Positions 26,350 through 36,835 are shown, numbered from the stretch's first letter. The stretch is DNA of 64,000 nt from Candidatus Poseidoniaceae archaeon (GCA_965662895.1 CBFIJH010000005.1:57928-121927); one strand, 5' to 3'. A program made the numbers and translations. Notes: a model not told the origin generated them from the letters alone.

Positions 26350-27357
26350 GTGCCTCCAAACATGCCCAGCGTTCTTGTCACAGGCGGGTCGGGAATGCTT
26401 GGCCAACACCTCGTTCCGATGCTTATAGAGCATGGACATGATGTCCGTGCTCCAACCAGTCAAGAACTTGATCTTACGGATGCTGAAGCAACAATGGATT
26501 TTTTCAAAGACAAGCAAATCAGCATTGTAATCCATTGCGCAGCCTATGTTGCAGGTATTGCATCAAGTCAAACCATCAAACATCATTCTCTGGATCAAAA
26601 CATATCCATGGGTTTGAATCTCATACGTGCCTGTGTTCGAAATGGCATTTCAGATCTCATCAATGTCGGGAGTGCCACTGTCTACCCAAATGAAGCACCT
26701 CAACCTCTCTCCGAATCCTCAATTGGAAACGGCCCGCTCGAAGGCCCGATTGAAGGTTATGCCTTATCGAAATACGTCGTTTATCGAGCGTGTGCAATGG
26801 CCAATGAACAGCATGATGTTTCCTTCAAGACGATTCTACCTTGCAATCTGTTTGGTCCTTACGATAATTTTTCCTTGGAAACTGGGCACATGCTCCCAGC
26901 CATCTTGCATAGAATGCATCAGGCAAAACAGAGCAAGCAAGCATCTGTTACAATATGGGGTGATGGAACGGCCAAGCGAGAATTCCTTTACGCCCCAGAT
27001 TTCGCGGATTTCCTTTGTTTTGCTCTTGACAACTTCGATGCACTACCAGATGTGATGAACGTAGGCTCGGGTCTTGAGATAAGTGTCAATGAAATGCATA
27101 AACACATGGCTGATGTCATTGAGTTCACGGGCGATTTTCTCCACGATTTCGACAAACCGGTTGGCCGTCTTCGCAGATGTTTGGACTTGAAGCATCAACG
27201 GGCCTTGGGATGGGCTCCAAAGACGCCGTTTAAACAAGCCTTGGAATCAACCTACAATTATCTCCTTGATCGCTTTCATGAAAGTCCTATCTGGAGAAAA
27301 GATGCTACATCCTATTCGCAAAGTTGTTGGAGCCGAAGTAATTCGTCAAATGATTGA
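26350..27357 (+). CDS. NAD-dependent epimerase/reductase, GDP-L-fucose synthase-like
   Basis: Rossmann motif VLVTGGSGMLGQHL. The HDVRAPTSQELDLTD spacing resembles GMER/Fcl. Y...K expected downstream of YALSKY. Confidence 0.7.
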   Translation: MPPNMPSVLVTGGSGMLGQHLVPMLIEHGHDVRAPTSQELDLTDAEATMDFFKDKQISIVIHCAAYVAGIASSQTIKHHSLDQNISMGLNLIRACVRNGISDLINVGSATVYPNEAPQPLSESSIGNGPLEGPIEGYALSKYVVYRACAMANEQHDVSFKTILPCNLFGPYDNFSLETGHMLPAILHRMHQAKQSKQASVTIWGDGTAKREFLYAPDFADFLCFALDNFDALPDVMNVGSGLEISVNEMHKHMADVIEFTGDFLHDFDKPVGRLRRCLDLKHQRALGWAPKTPFKQALESTYNYLLDRFHESPIWRKDATSYSQSCWSRSNSSND

Positions 27358-27382
27358 TGAATGGGCGCATCGTGGTTTGTCC

Positions 27383-28351
27383 ATGGGCAAGGCATCCAGG
27401 CAAAGGATTGTTTTGTCGCTCTTGCTCGTATTTCTTCTCCTACCATTTTCTGTGACTGGGGAAGATGAATCCACTTGGCAAAGCAATGGTATTGATCCTT
27501 CAAATTGGAGCGACGGCCCTCTCGTTGAAGACACGCCGATGCAATATTCCTATTTTGGAGACCCAGTGTTTGCCATCGATGTTACCTACATACCGGGCCA
27601 CCTCCAAGACGAGGTATCCGGAACAATCATCATCGAACTGTTTCCACAATGGGCGCCAATAACGGTCGAGAACATGATTCAACACATCGAAGATGACCTT
27701 TACGATGGAATCTTTTTTCATCGAGTCATCAATGATTTCGTAACACAATCCGGCGATCCTGAATGCAAAACAAATGGTGCCTACATTCCAGGCTTGCCTG
27801 CTCAATGCGGTAGTGGAGGAACTGGGGAAACCATTCCGCTTGAGCACAACGAAAATCTCAGCCATGTCGATGGCGCAATTGGGATGGCTCGTGGAAATGA
27901 GGAGGATTCGGCAGATTCGCAATGGTACATTGCTGAAACGGAAGCACACGGGCTTGATCCCGAAAACCGTGACGATGGAGGCTATGCTACCTTTGGAATT
28001 GTCCGTGATGGAATGAGTCATGTGCGAGCGATAGCAGAAATTCCGACATCGGACGACCCATCTGGTACGGACTTGGACAATCCATTCTCTACAGCAGGAA
28101 GACCCCTCTACGAGACAAAAATCAATAGCATAGAAATGATTGGTATTGCCGACCCTGAAGGTCAACTTTCGGGGGAAATCTCGAGTGGAGAAGCCGATTC
28201 TGGCAACGGAACAACCATTCTCTTCGTCGTGCTGTTCGTCGTCCTTGCTCTCGGTATTGCTTACATTGTTGTCCAGAACAACGTGAAACAAGATGCTCCG
28301 GTTTACGATGCTGAATTGATTGACGAAAATGAAACGTCCAATACGACGTGA
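27383..28351 (+). CDS. Cyclophilin-type peptidyl-prolyl isomerase, extracytoplasmic and membrane-anchored
   Basis: Start at MGKASRQRIVLSLLLVFLLLPFSVTG (signal peptide). Cyclophilin core FHRVINDFVTQSGDP...GAIGMARG. C-terminal helix TILFVVLFVVLALGIAYIV. Confidence 0.75.
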   Translation: MGKASRQRIVLSLLLVFLLLPFSVTGEDESTWQSNGIDPSNWSDGPLVEDTPMQYSYFGDPVFAIDVTYIPGHLQDEVSGTIIIELFPQWAPITVENMIQHIEDDLYDGIFFHRVINDFVTQSGDPECKTNGAYIPGLPAQCGSGGTGETIPLEHNENLSHVDGAIGMARGNEEDSADSQWYIAETEAHGLDPENRDDGGYATFGIVRDGMSHVRAIAEIPTSDDPSGTDLDNPFSTAGRPLYETKINSIEMIGIADPEGQLSGEISSGEADSGNGTTILFVVLFVVLALGIAYIVVQNNVKQDAPVYDAELIDENETSNTT

Positions 28352-29409
28352 CGAATTCGAGGTGCGTACCACTTTACTTTCTCAATGTGGTAATCCATCA
28401 CGTGCCAGTTTCTGCCAGCTTCTTTCGCATATTGCAGACATTGCTGCATCGTCGCTTCACACCATGCTTCGATTCGCTCCTCCTCAACGTTCATGTGAAT
28501 GTGAAGCGTACCACCTTCTGCTTTGAGTGCACAAACTGCAGGCTCCCAAGTTGCTTGCGAACTTGGCAAGTAACCAAGAAGAACACGATCGGCTGAACCC
28601 TCCAATTGCCTAAGGGTAATTTGGTTGTCTTGTGGATAGATGGTAAGTTTTGATTCTACGTCATTCGCTTTTGCTGCCCATTTGAGGGCCTTGATGCTAT
28701 GAGGGTTGATCTCACAAGCATGAATGTGCTTAACATTGGCATGAACGAGAAGCTGCATGGTGTAATATCCAATTCCTGCATAGGCATCGATGATGACTTC
28801 TCCCTTTGCATCAATCGATGCCATGCGGTGACGTTCCGTCACATTGCCTGAGGAATACATCACCTTTGTAGCATCGAAGCCATAGATTAGGCCGTTATCC
28901 TTGACTTCGACCCAAGCATCGTCGCCGTACAATAATTCGACTTGAGATGAACGCATTTGATCATCTGCAATAGGTTGTTGGCGACCGATTCTCCGGGCCT
29001 TAAGTGCATCAGCAATACGTTCAAAGAAATCCTTATTTCGGTGTATGATTCCATCCCAATTCTTTCCTTGAAAAGCATCTTTTGGGAACAAGATAAGGTC
29101 ATCCAGCCGCTCCCATCTTCTGGGGATGGATTGCATCAATTCCTCGTTTGAATTCAGCATTGGAAGGATTGCACTCAACAATCGGTTGTGTGGGTCGATT
29201 GGTGGTGGTGCTTCAACAACTTCAATTCGTTGAAATCGATGTTCAAAATCGAAGCGTGTCGATTCAACACCTTCTCGAATTGGCAACGCTAATTCTTTAC
29301 CGACACGCTGAGGTGTATAGGTTCGGTCAAGAATTTCGAGGTCAATCAAGACCTGTCGAGCCACCTCTCCTTTGGCAAGCGGTACGAGAAGACACGGTTG
29401 CACTGGCAT
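28303..29409 (-). CDS. tRNA (guanine37-N1)-methyltransferase Trm5 / TYW2-like (Met-10+ family)
   Basis: SAM motif DAYAGIGYYTMQL. NPHS in place of the catalytic NPP-type loop. ~340 aa, matching archaeal or eukaryal Trm5 rather than bacterial TrmD. Confidence 0.7.
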   Translation of the reverse strand: MPVQPCLLVPLAKGEVARQVLIDLEILDRTYTPQRVGKELALPIREGVESTRFDFEHRFQRIEVVEAPPPIDPHNRLLSAILPMLNSNEELMQSIPRRWERLDDLILFPKDAFQGKNWDGIIHRNKDFFERIADALKARRIGRQQPIADDQMRSSQVELLYGDDAWVEVKDNGLIYGFDATKVMYSSGNVTERHRMASIDAKGEVIIDAYAGIGYYTMQLLVHANVKHIHACEINPHSIKALKWAAKANDVESKLTIYPQDNQITLRQLEGSADRVLLGYLPSSQATWEPAVCALKAEGGTLHIHMNVEEERIEAWCEATMQQCLQYAKEAGRNWHVMDYHIEKVKWYAPRIRHVVLDVSFSSINSAS

Positions 29410-29471
29410 GATGACGCCTACATGCCTCCCAAGGGGAAGTCCTTTGAAGGTCTTCGGTCTGTTGCAACATC

Positions 29472-32400
29472 ATGGAAGAACGGCCAGTATGGAAAGGGCG
29501 ATTTTTGGCACTGTGTTTCACCGTGTTTTTTGCAACCCCCATACTTGCACCGTTTGCCTCTGCAGACGGTATGACAACCTGTGATGGCGTACCCGGTTTC
29601 AGTGATTGCGATGATTATGATTCAAACGATGATGGAACACCCTTTCAACAAGATTGGATTCGTGGAACGTACGATTTCGATTTGCAAGATACTTCAACAA
29701 TCCAAATGACATTGAGTTGGGCGGTGCGTGAATTCGATCGCAGCAAAGTCGGTCTCGATGATTCGACGACGAGTACTGCTCTCGCAAATGATGGATTGGA
29801 TGAGGATGATGGGATTCCAGCTGATATGATTCGAACCTACTTCGCCTACGAACCCAGCCCAGGAGCTGGTACCGTTGGTGACCAAATGTTGGACGACGTT
29901 CAAGATACAATCAGCGAACTCCTCTCGAGTGGATTCGGAACCGTTACAGCAATCAACACACAATACGATGGAATTTATTCCGAGGGAGGAAACACCGAGA
30001 TTTGTACGACCGATGCAAACGAAGACTCGGTCTACGATTCTGGCTCGGGCGTTACGGAGAACAACGTCTTCGACCCGCCCATTTGCTTCTCGACCATTGC
30101 CGAGATTCAGTTATCAACAAGCACATTCAATTTACTTGAAAATACGGACCTTGAACTTGAACGTGCGTATCAAGGCCTGCTTATTATGGGTTCAGAATTG
30201 ACAACGCAATTCAACGTCTTTGCAGAACCCGGTCACGTCTCAACCTTCTCGATTCATCCTCCGAATTATGCCACGGTCGTCGGTGTCGATGGAAACGGTT
30301 CCATCGTTCCTAATCCTTGTACAGTGGCGACCTGCGCAGGTCAGTGGACAGTGGAAAATCTGAACGCAGGTACAGATGCGTCTCGTGCCGAACAAACGGT
30401 CAGTTTGACCATGGGATATCGAAACACCTCGACAACGTCCATTGTCGAACTCGATCCGAACAAAGAGGCCGTATCGCTCCATCTCAAGGTGGATTTATTT
30501 GACGAACAAGAGGTTCAAATCGACTTCGTTGCAGGTATCAACTATCTTGATACGACAACAATGGACAATTGGGGCATTTCTCTCGTAGAATTATCCGAAT
30601 TAGCAACCATTCCTCAAATTACCTCCGATGGAATTCGTTTAGCGTATGAAAACGGAATCGCTCCTCTCGACGATTTCACCGATCAATTCCCAGTTGCATC
30701 GATTGGCGATGCGTTTTCAGCATCTATCCCAGGATCGCCTGACATTCAGATGGGACAATTATCATGGGTAAGTGATTCAGTCGCTGAGGGAATTGATGGG
30801 CCGGCTGGAGGATTGAATTACAGTCATTCCGTTGGCTGTTCTGAAACTGTGACACCACCGAACACAATCTCCTACTGTATCGAAGGACCCAGTGCTATGG
30901 GTTACGACCATCCAATCTATCTCCGTTCAACGAGCAACACGTTTGATCTTGGGTTGCTGGACCTCATTCAAGAGAATATACCGGATTCTGAATTCGAACT
31001 GGATGGTAAAACATACAACACGAAGGATTATTTTGAACTTATTACGAACGAAGACCTTCGAAGGCTGATGGATGCTGGTTTGTCGATTGAAACGGTCCTT
31101 GATACAGATTTCCTCGAAACCATGATTCCGTCTGATCTTCCACCGTCAAAAATTACACTTGAACTGATTCTACCGAGTTGGATTGTAACCGCCGATGGTT
31201 CTGACCGCATCATCCTTGAACACTCAGCATCAGGTGAAACCAGGAATGAAATCTCAATTGCAGGACCTTCTCCTTACACCTATAATCATCCAATCCTCAA
31301 TGAAGACGGTGAAACCATTTGTTTGCAAACGCAGAAGACCTGTGTTTCAACATCCCTATCCATTGATTTCGAGACCTTCGACATCAACGAATGGACGAAA
31401 TCTGTTTCCATTGAGTTTGGCCTTGAAGCCACTGCAGTTGTTCACCGAATCGCTGTTCCACAGGGGTATTACGACGTGAATGACACAACTGTCCGCATGG
31501 AGGTCATTCCAAGCGATTTAATCCGGTTGATTGGGGATATTATGAGTCGTGATGAGGAAAAAGCAATCTCCATCGAACGATGCCTTGAGTCAAACATAAA
31601 AAATTCCAATGCCTGTCCTGAGGAAAGTAGGCTTCAATTCAATCTTACATCCGATGGTTTGATGCAATTTGGAACCGATGCTGGAGAACTTCTCACACAC
31701 CAGATTCACACGCAGGTTGAAAAACTAGAAACGAGTGACGAAGGGCCTGAATTCTCGGAGGTTGACATCAGTGATTTTGTCATTGAAACGAGCCTTGCAG
31801 GACTTGGAAGTCCAGGACAAACCGTTTCTGATGAAGTGGGCCTAAGCGTGAGTCTCAAGATTCCAAAAGTTCGATTTACACTGGCTGTATCGAGCCCATG
31901 GGGCGATTTACTGAGTGGCGATCCTGACGCAATAACGCTCTCACTTCTTACCGAGGACATCAGTGGTGCTTTCCGTTCACCACTGCTTCAACCCATGGTC
32001 ATGATGGTCGATGAAATGTCGTCGATGATGACAGCAAGCCTTGTTTCATCAGAGGGAATTACATTCCCGCCGCTCGAGCAGGAAGCATTGATTGTTGAAA
32101 CAGGTTCTTGGGATACGACAATTCACGAAGATACGGAATTTGATTTGACTGGACCGGTCAGTTTCACGTTACCAAAAGGCATCATCGTCAAAGAGGGAAC
32201 ATCTACGCAAGGAAACATGATCATCACCGAAGATGATGAAGGGCGTCAAGTCATTACGTACACAATTCCGCCGGACGGTCTCGATGATGAAGTAACACTT
32301 CGGCTTCAAGTAACGTGGATGTATCTGCTTGGTCAATTTTGGGCTTATCCGGCTGTTGTTGTTATTCTGCTCATCCTTCTGATACGGCGTCGCCGCAAGA

Positions 32401-32579
32401 AGAAAAAGAAAAAGCGAGCTGCTAGAGAAGCAAAGAATTCACTGTACAAGGCCCAGAAGATGGGCTTATCGGAGTCCGACTTCGCTCAAATGGCTGGATC
32501 GGTTGACCGTCAAGTCGGAGGATACGATGAGGGAATCAATCCATTTGAAGCGATGCAACGTGAACCGCCTCAACCTTAG
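29472..32579 (+). CDS. Large secreted cell-surface protein (1035 aa) with a C-terminal TM anchor and polybasic tail
   Basis: Signal peptide ...FATPILAPFASADG. No recognisable repeat family. C-terminal helix YPAVVVILLILLI followed by RRRRKKKKKKR. Confidence 0.65.
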   Translation: MEERPVWKGRFLALCFTVFFATPILAPFASADGMTTCDGVPGFSDCDDYDSNDDGTPFQQDWIRGTYDFDLQDTSTIQMTLSWAVREFDRSKVGLDDSTTSTALANDGLDEDDGIPADMIRTYFAYEPSPGAGTVGDQMLDDVQDTISELLSSGFGTVTAINTQYDGIYSEGGNTEICTTDANEDSVYDSGSGVTENNVFDPPICFSTIAEIQLSTSTFNLLENTDLELERAYQGLLIMGSELTTQFNVFAEPGHVSTFSIHPPNYATVVGVDGNGSIVPNPCTVATCAGQWTVENLNAGTDASRAEQTVSLTMGYRNTSTTSIVELDPNKEAVSLHLKVDLFDEQEVQIDFVAGINYLDTTTMDNWGISLVELSELATIPQITSDGIRLAYENGIAPLDDFTDQFPVASIGDAFSASIPGSPDIQMGQLSWVSDSVAEGIDGPAGGLNYSHSVGCSETVTPPNTISYCIEGPSAMGYDHPIYLRSTSNTFDLGLLDLIQENIPDSEFELDGKTYNTKDYFELITNEDLRRLMDAGLSIETVLDTDFLETMIPSDLPPSKITLELILPSWIVTADGSDRIILEHSASGETRNEISIAGPSPYTYNHPILNEDGETICLQTQKTCVSTSLSIDFETFDINEWTKSVSIEFGLEATAVVHRIAVPQGYYDVNDTTVRMEVIPSDLIRLIGDIMSRDEEKAISIERCLESNIKNSNACPEESRLQFNLTSDGLMQFGTDAGELLTHQIHTQVEKLETSDEGPEFSEVDISDFVIETSLAGLGSPGQTVSDEVGLSVSLKIPKVRFTLAVSSPWGDLLSGDPDAITLSLLTEDISGAFRSPLLQPMVMMVDEMSSMMTASLVSSEGITFPPLEQEALIVETGSWDTTIHEDTEFDLTGPVSFTLPKGIIVKEGTSTQGNMIITEDDEGRQVITYTIPPDGLDDEVTLRLQVTWMYLLGQFWAYPAVVVILLILLIRRRRKKKKKKRAAREAKNSLYKAQKMGLSESDFAQMAGSVDRQVGGYDEGINPFEAMQREPPQP

Positions 32580-34303
32580 CGATGCAACGATTCGTGAATT
32601 CGCTCTGCGAGGGAAGGACCAATTCCAGGTACCGTTTTCAAATCCTCAATGCTGGCATTGTTGATTCCTTGGCGACCACCGAAATGGCGCAGGAGCGACT
32701 GCAGCTTCTTCGCACCCAAACCGAGAACGTTTTCGAGAGGGTCACCTAGTCGACTCTTTTTTCGACGTTTTCGATGGAAGGTGTTGACAAACCTGTGTGC
32801 TTCATCGCGAGCATGAACAAAGACTCGTCCACGACGGTCAAGGATAATCGGGTCTTTTTCTTCCTGATGCAGGGTTTCTTCTCGTTTTGCTAAAGCAGCC
32901 AACATAAATCGGTCTTGAACACCGTGCTCGTCCAACATCGAACGTATTGTACTCAAATGCGTTTCACCACCATCGAGCAAGAGTAAATCCGGCCATTCCT
33001 CTTGTCGTTTGAGCCACCGTTCTACGACTTCTCGCATCATTCGCAAATCATCCATCGCATCCCCCTTGACGATGTAGGTCCGATACTCCTTCTTTGCTGG
33101 ACGGCCGTTGCGGAGAACAACGCTTGCTCCAACTCGCTCATCACCTTGCAATTGTGCCATATCGAAGCAAACGACGTGATTCATTTGCTCAACATTGAGC
33201 AACATTGCAGCATCATCAGCAGCACGTTGTTCGAGCGATCCGCTTGATTTGTTGGCGAGTCGAGTTACCTGAATCTTTGCGTTCTGGTCGGCAAGAGTTC
33301 GGAGCGTGACCATCTCTCCACGCATAGGTGTTCGAACTTCGACGGTTGAACCTCTTCGTTCATCCAACCACTGCTGTATTCCATCGAGAAGTGGTGTCGG
33401 TGTCAACAACAAACGTGGAGGCCTTCGGTGGATGTAGTGCTCGCTAATGAATCGGCTTACGGTTTCACCAATGTCACCACGGTGAACAAATGGCCACACT
33501 TCCTGACCTTTGACGACACCTTCATCTGCGTGCAAGACGACAAGTGCAGCCAGATCTCCCTGTTCTGCAAATCCGATGGCATCACAATCACGATACAACT
33601 TGCTTGAAACGACGTGCTGGCCTATTGTCGTTCGAATCGATCGTATGAGATCACGGAAATATGCTGCCCGTTCGAACTGCATGTTCTGGGCGCAAGCATC
33701 CATTTTTTCACCAAGTTCTTCCAAGAATTCCGTCGCCTCACCATCAAGTATTTTTTTGACGGCTCGGACTTGTTCAGCATAACCTTCACCATTGATGCAT
33801 GGTCCTGTGCATAGGCCAATATGCATGGCCAAACAACCCTGTGGAAGCAGTTCCTTGCAATCCCGTATTCCGAAATGTCGACGCAACAATTGCATGACTT
33901 GTTTTGCAGCACCTGCGTTGGGGAATGGTCCCCATCGGTGTGCTTTTTTTGGCGGATGACGTGTGTACATAATCCGGGGAAATTCTTCGTTGGTTAGGAC
34001 AAGGTAGGGATAGGATTTGTCGTCCTTGAGCATTGAGTTGAACCGCGGTTTGTGTTCTCGGATGAGTTGACGTTCGAGAATGAGTGCTTCTTGCGGTGTT
34101 GTTGTAACAATGCACTCAACATCATCGGCCCGAGCAACGAGTTCTGGTATCATTTGACGGTCGGGATTTGTTGCAAAATACGACCGGATTCGTTCATTGA
34201 GCCTCGTTGCTTTACCAATGTAGAGGACACGCCCTTCCTCTGTTTTGAAAAGATACACGCCTGGAGAAGCAGGCAAATCGATGGATGAAGCATCAACCGC
34301 CAT
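32576..34303 (-). CDS. uvrC: Excinuclease ABC subunit C
   Basis: GIY-YIG PGVYLFKTEEGRVLYIGKATRLNERIRSYF, central UvrC region, C-terminal HhH VPGIGPSLAERI. Start trimmed to MAVDASSIDLP. Confidence 0.85.
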   Translation of the reverse strand: MAVDASSIDLPASPGVYLFKTEEGRVLYIGKATRLNERIRSYFATNPDRQMIPELVARADDVECIVTTTPQEALILERQLIREHKPRFNSMLKDDKSYPYLVLTNEEFPRIMYTRHPPKKAHRWGPFPNAGAAKQVMQLLRRHFGIRDCKELLPQGCLAMHIGLCTGPCINGEGYAEQVRAVKKILDGEATEFLEELGEKMDACAQNMQFERAAYFRDLIRSIRTTIGQHVVSSKLYRDCDAIGFAEQGDLAALVVLHADEGVVKGQEVWPFVHRGDIGETVSRFISEHYIHRRPPRLLLTPTPLLDGIQQWLDERRGSTVEVRTPMRGEMVTLRTLADQNAKIQVTRLANKSSGSLEQRAADDAAMLLNVEQMNHVVCFDMAQLQGDERVGASVVLRNGRPAKKEYRTYIVKGDAMDDLRMMREVVERWLKRQEEWPDLLLLDGGETHLSTIRSMLDEHGVQDRFMLAALAKREETLHQEEKDPIILDRRGRVFVHARDEAHRFVNTFHRKRRKKSRLGDPLENVLGLGAKKLQSLLRHFGGRQGINNASIEDLKTVPGIGPSLAERIHESLHR

Positions 34304-34407
34304 ATCGAATCCTTGCATCCATAGGTCAAAAAAACCTGCATGAATTCTGTCAATCAACAGAAGGACAACATCAAATGCGATGTTGCCAAGGTAGGGTATG
34401 AGTTCCG

Positions 34408-36591
34408 ATGCTGACACCAGCCATGTTGCGGATTTTGCGTTGGTTGGATGACCACCCAACCACGCTCGAATCGGCTTGGGACGTCCCACGAACCATCTCA
34501 TTGGAAGGCATCGCCGACGGAATTGGTGTTGTTCGTTCTGCCCTTTTTCAGCCAATGAGCGTACTGGAAGATAACGAATTCCTAAAAACCAGACAAGCCC
34601 ATGTACTTGGATCAGGGCGCAGAAAACGGAAAGTTGTCCACATTACTGAAAAGGGACGCCAACAACTTCGAGAACAGGTGGAAAACCTCCCCGAGCGACG
34701 TTCAAGAGAATCGTTGAAGTTGAAAGGACAGATTCCTGAATGTACGAATTTGCACGGGCGTCAGTCTGAACTGGAATTGATGAAAAAATCCCTGGAGCAG
34801 AAAAGACCGATTCATCTACGAGGGATGCCGGGAATTGGCAAATCGACGCTCGCTCGTACCATGGTTCAGGAATTGGCTGAACGAGGAACAGAAATCCACT
34901 GGGCGGTTCTCGACGCCTACTGCGACGTGCATGAGGCGATGCAACGAATGGAGGTCGATTCACCAAGAATTCTTGAGGTTGAACATTATGCTAACATATT
35001 CGAAACCGAGAACGTTGTTCTGGTGTTTGATGATGTGCATACCATTTCTTCAAGACACAAATCATCCTTCCTCAGCTTCTTTCAAACACTCCTGAACAAC
35101 AACATCGCCTTCATGTTGATTGGAAGAGATCGAGAAACATTCTCAATCGAAGCAACCGTTGTTGATTTGGGACCGTTGGACCAATCCGATGCAATTGAAT
35201 TACTGGACCCTGAACTCGGCGAGAACAGAGCGTCAATTGTTGAAACATTGGGTGGTCACCCGCTTGCGATTTTGCTCTACAATGTCTCGACTCCACTTCC
35301 AGAGACGGATCAAGACGTTCGAGCCTACGTTGAACAGGTTGTGCTTGAACATGCCTCAACAGAGGTCCATGATGCAATGCAACCCTTCCTTGTCTTGCCA
35401 TTTCCAATCCCTGCAATGCGGATGCCCGAACCTGACCACGTTCCATTGCTCGATGAACACACGCTGTTGCGTTGGGGCGCACAGAATTCGGCAATGGAGA
35501 TGCAACATCTCATTCGCAACGTTTGTCGTTCTTCTCTTGAAGAATCTGATATTGATGCTCTCCATCAGTCTGCTATTTCACACTGGGAGAACGACGACGA
35601 CGCACTTGCGAAGATTCTTGAATTGCATCATCGGATTCAGAGAGGTGAAACGAATGTTTCAGTGCATTTGTCGCAACGCGCAAATGAATTGATGAATGCC
35701 CATTCGGGTGCTTTCGCAACTCTTTTGGATGAAGCTTTGGTCAATGAAAATGTGAACCTCGAATTGATTGAACTTGCCGCACAACATGCATTAAATCGGG
35801 CTGAACTTAACACTGCTAAAGAATACATCAAGGAGTTTGATGACCCTCGACTCGCCAACATCCGATTTCAGATTGCCCAGTATGAGGGAAAGAACGACGT
35901 CGTTCAACACTTGGAATCTTTGACCGATGGAATCGATGATCCGAATCAAAAATTACGTGTTCAACTTTCTGTTCTCTCTCGCAGCATTGATGACCTTACA
36001 CCACAGGCGACCGAGGATGACCATCGCCGCATCCATGGACTGCTCGAACGCGTCGATCTTCCTGACAAAGAAGGCGAACGCCAACGCATTTTGACCACAA
36101 TTGTCGTCATGCGACATGCGCTTGCCCTTGAACAGAGAGATTTCAATGCTGCAAATTTTCTTCTCGATCAATTGAAGAATATTGCGTTAACAGACGATCC
36201 TCTTCTTCACTATCTTTCAACAAAAACGGAACTGAAAATGTTGGAAAAAGGCTCTGCAGATGCTGCATTTACCTTGAAGAATGCAGAGCGTATCGCAACA
36301 CAGTTGAAACATCCGCTGTACAACGTTTCACTTTTCTTACTGCTTTGCGAACATCTTGTTGAAACGCAACCCCAGCGTGCTCAACTTCTCCATGAACAAA
36401 TCGATATCCAGGCCATTGAAACAATGACCGCACCATCAGCACGTCGAATCGTTGCGAAATGGTGGGAGGTGAAGTCGATGGTTGACGAGAAAGGTCGAAT
36501 TCTTGCACTGCGGGAAGCCATTCTTCGTTATCGTTCAGTAGGATGCCCAAACCGTGCTCGAAGGTTATCCAAGCGCTTGCACAGCCTGTGA
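34408..36591 (+). CDS. wHTH-STAND-type P-loop NTPase regulator (N-terminal winged helix, AAA_16-like ATPase, C-terminal helical/TPR-like)
   Basis: N-terminal ~100-aa wHTH, Walker A LRGMPGIGKSTLART, Walker B VVLVFDDVH, then ~400 aa of helical repeats. Divergent from uvrC. Confidence 0.65.
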   Translation: MLTPAMLRILRWLDDHPTTLESAWDVPRTISLEGIADGIGVVRSALFQPMSVLEDNEFLKTRQAHVLGSGRRKRKVVHITEKGRQQLREQVENLPERRSRESLKLKGQIPECTNLHGRQSELELMKKSLEQKRPIHLRGMPGIGKSTLARTMVQELAERGTEIHWAVLDAYCDVHEAMQRMEVDSPRILEVEHYANIFETENVVLVFDDVHTISSRHKSSFLSFFQTLLNNNIAFMLIGRDRETFSIEATVVDLGPLDQSDAIELLDPELGENRASIVETLGGHPLAILLYNVSTPLPETDQDVRAYVEQVVLEHASTEVHDAMQPFLVLPFPIPAMRMPEPDHVPLLDEHTLLRWGAQNSAMEMQHLIRNVCRSSLEESDIDALHQSAISHWENDDDALAKILELHHRIQRGETNVSVHLSQRANELMNAHSGAFATLLDEALVNENVNLELIELAAQHALNRAELNTAKEYIKEFDDPRLANIRFQIAQYEGKNDVVQHLESLTDGIDDPNQKLRVQLSVLSRSIDDLTPQATEDDHRRIHGLLERVDLPDKEGERQRILTTIVVMRHALALEQRDFNAANFLLDQLKNIALTDDPLLHYLSTKTELKMLEKGSADAAFTLKNAERIATQLKHPLYNVSLFLLLCEHLVETQPQRAQLLHEQIDIQAIETMTAPSARRIVAKWWEVKSMVDEKGRILALREAILRYRSVGCPNRARRLSKRLHSL

Positions 36592-36592
36592 A

Positions 36593-36826
36593 TTACAATT
36601 CAGCACCAATCATGGTTTTGGTTTCTTGAATACCACTGATCGGACGAATTTCTTCGACAATGCAGCGTGTTAGCGTGAACTCGTCGTCGGCTTGTACTCG
36701 TGCGAGCAAATCGAATTCTCCAAACAGCATCCATTTGTCTGTGACATGCTCGATTCCATCAAGGGCATCTCGCACGTCTTTTTCTTGTCCCGGGGAGGTG
36801 GTTATCAAAACGAATCCTATCGGCAT
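36593..36826 (-). CDS. Stand-alone Lrp/AsnC C-terminal (RAM) domain protein
   Basis: 77 aa. VLITTSPGQEKDVRDAL...GEFDLLARVQADD...ISGIQETKTMIGAEL fits RAM-domain ligand-binding topology with no HTH. Confidence 0.7.
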   Translation of the reverse strand: MPIGFVLITTSPGQEKDVRDALDGIEHVTDKWMLFGEFDLLARVQADDEFTLTRCIVEEIRPISGIQETKTMIGAEL

Positions 36827-36835
36827 CTTTTCACC

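Noticed and set aside
35120-35692. 190-aa alternative-frame ORF
   Set aside because: Inside the wHTH-STAND NTPase gene in another frame. No motifs.
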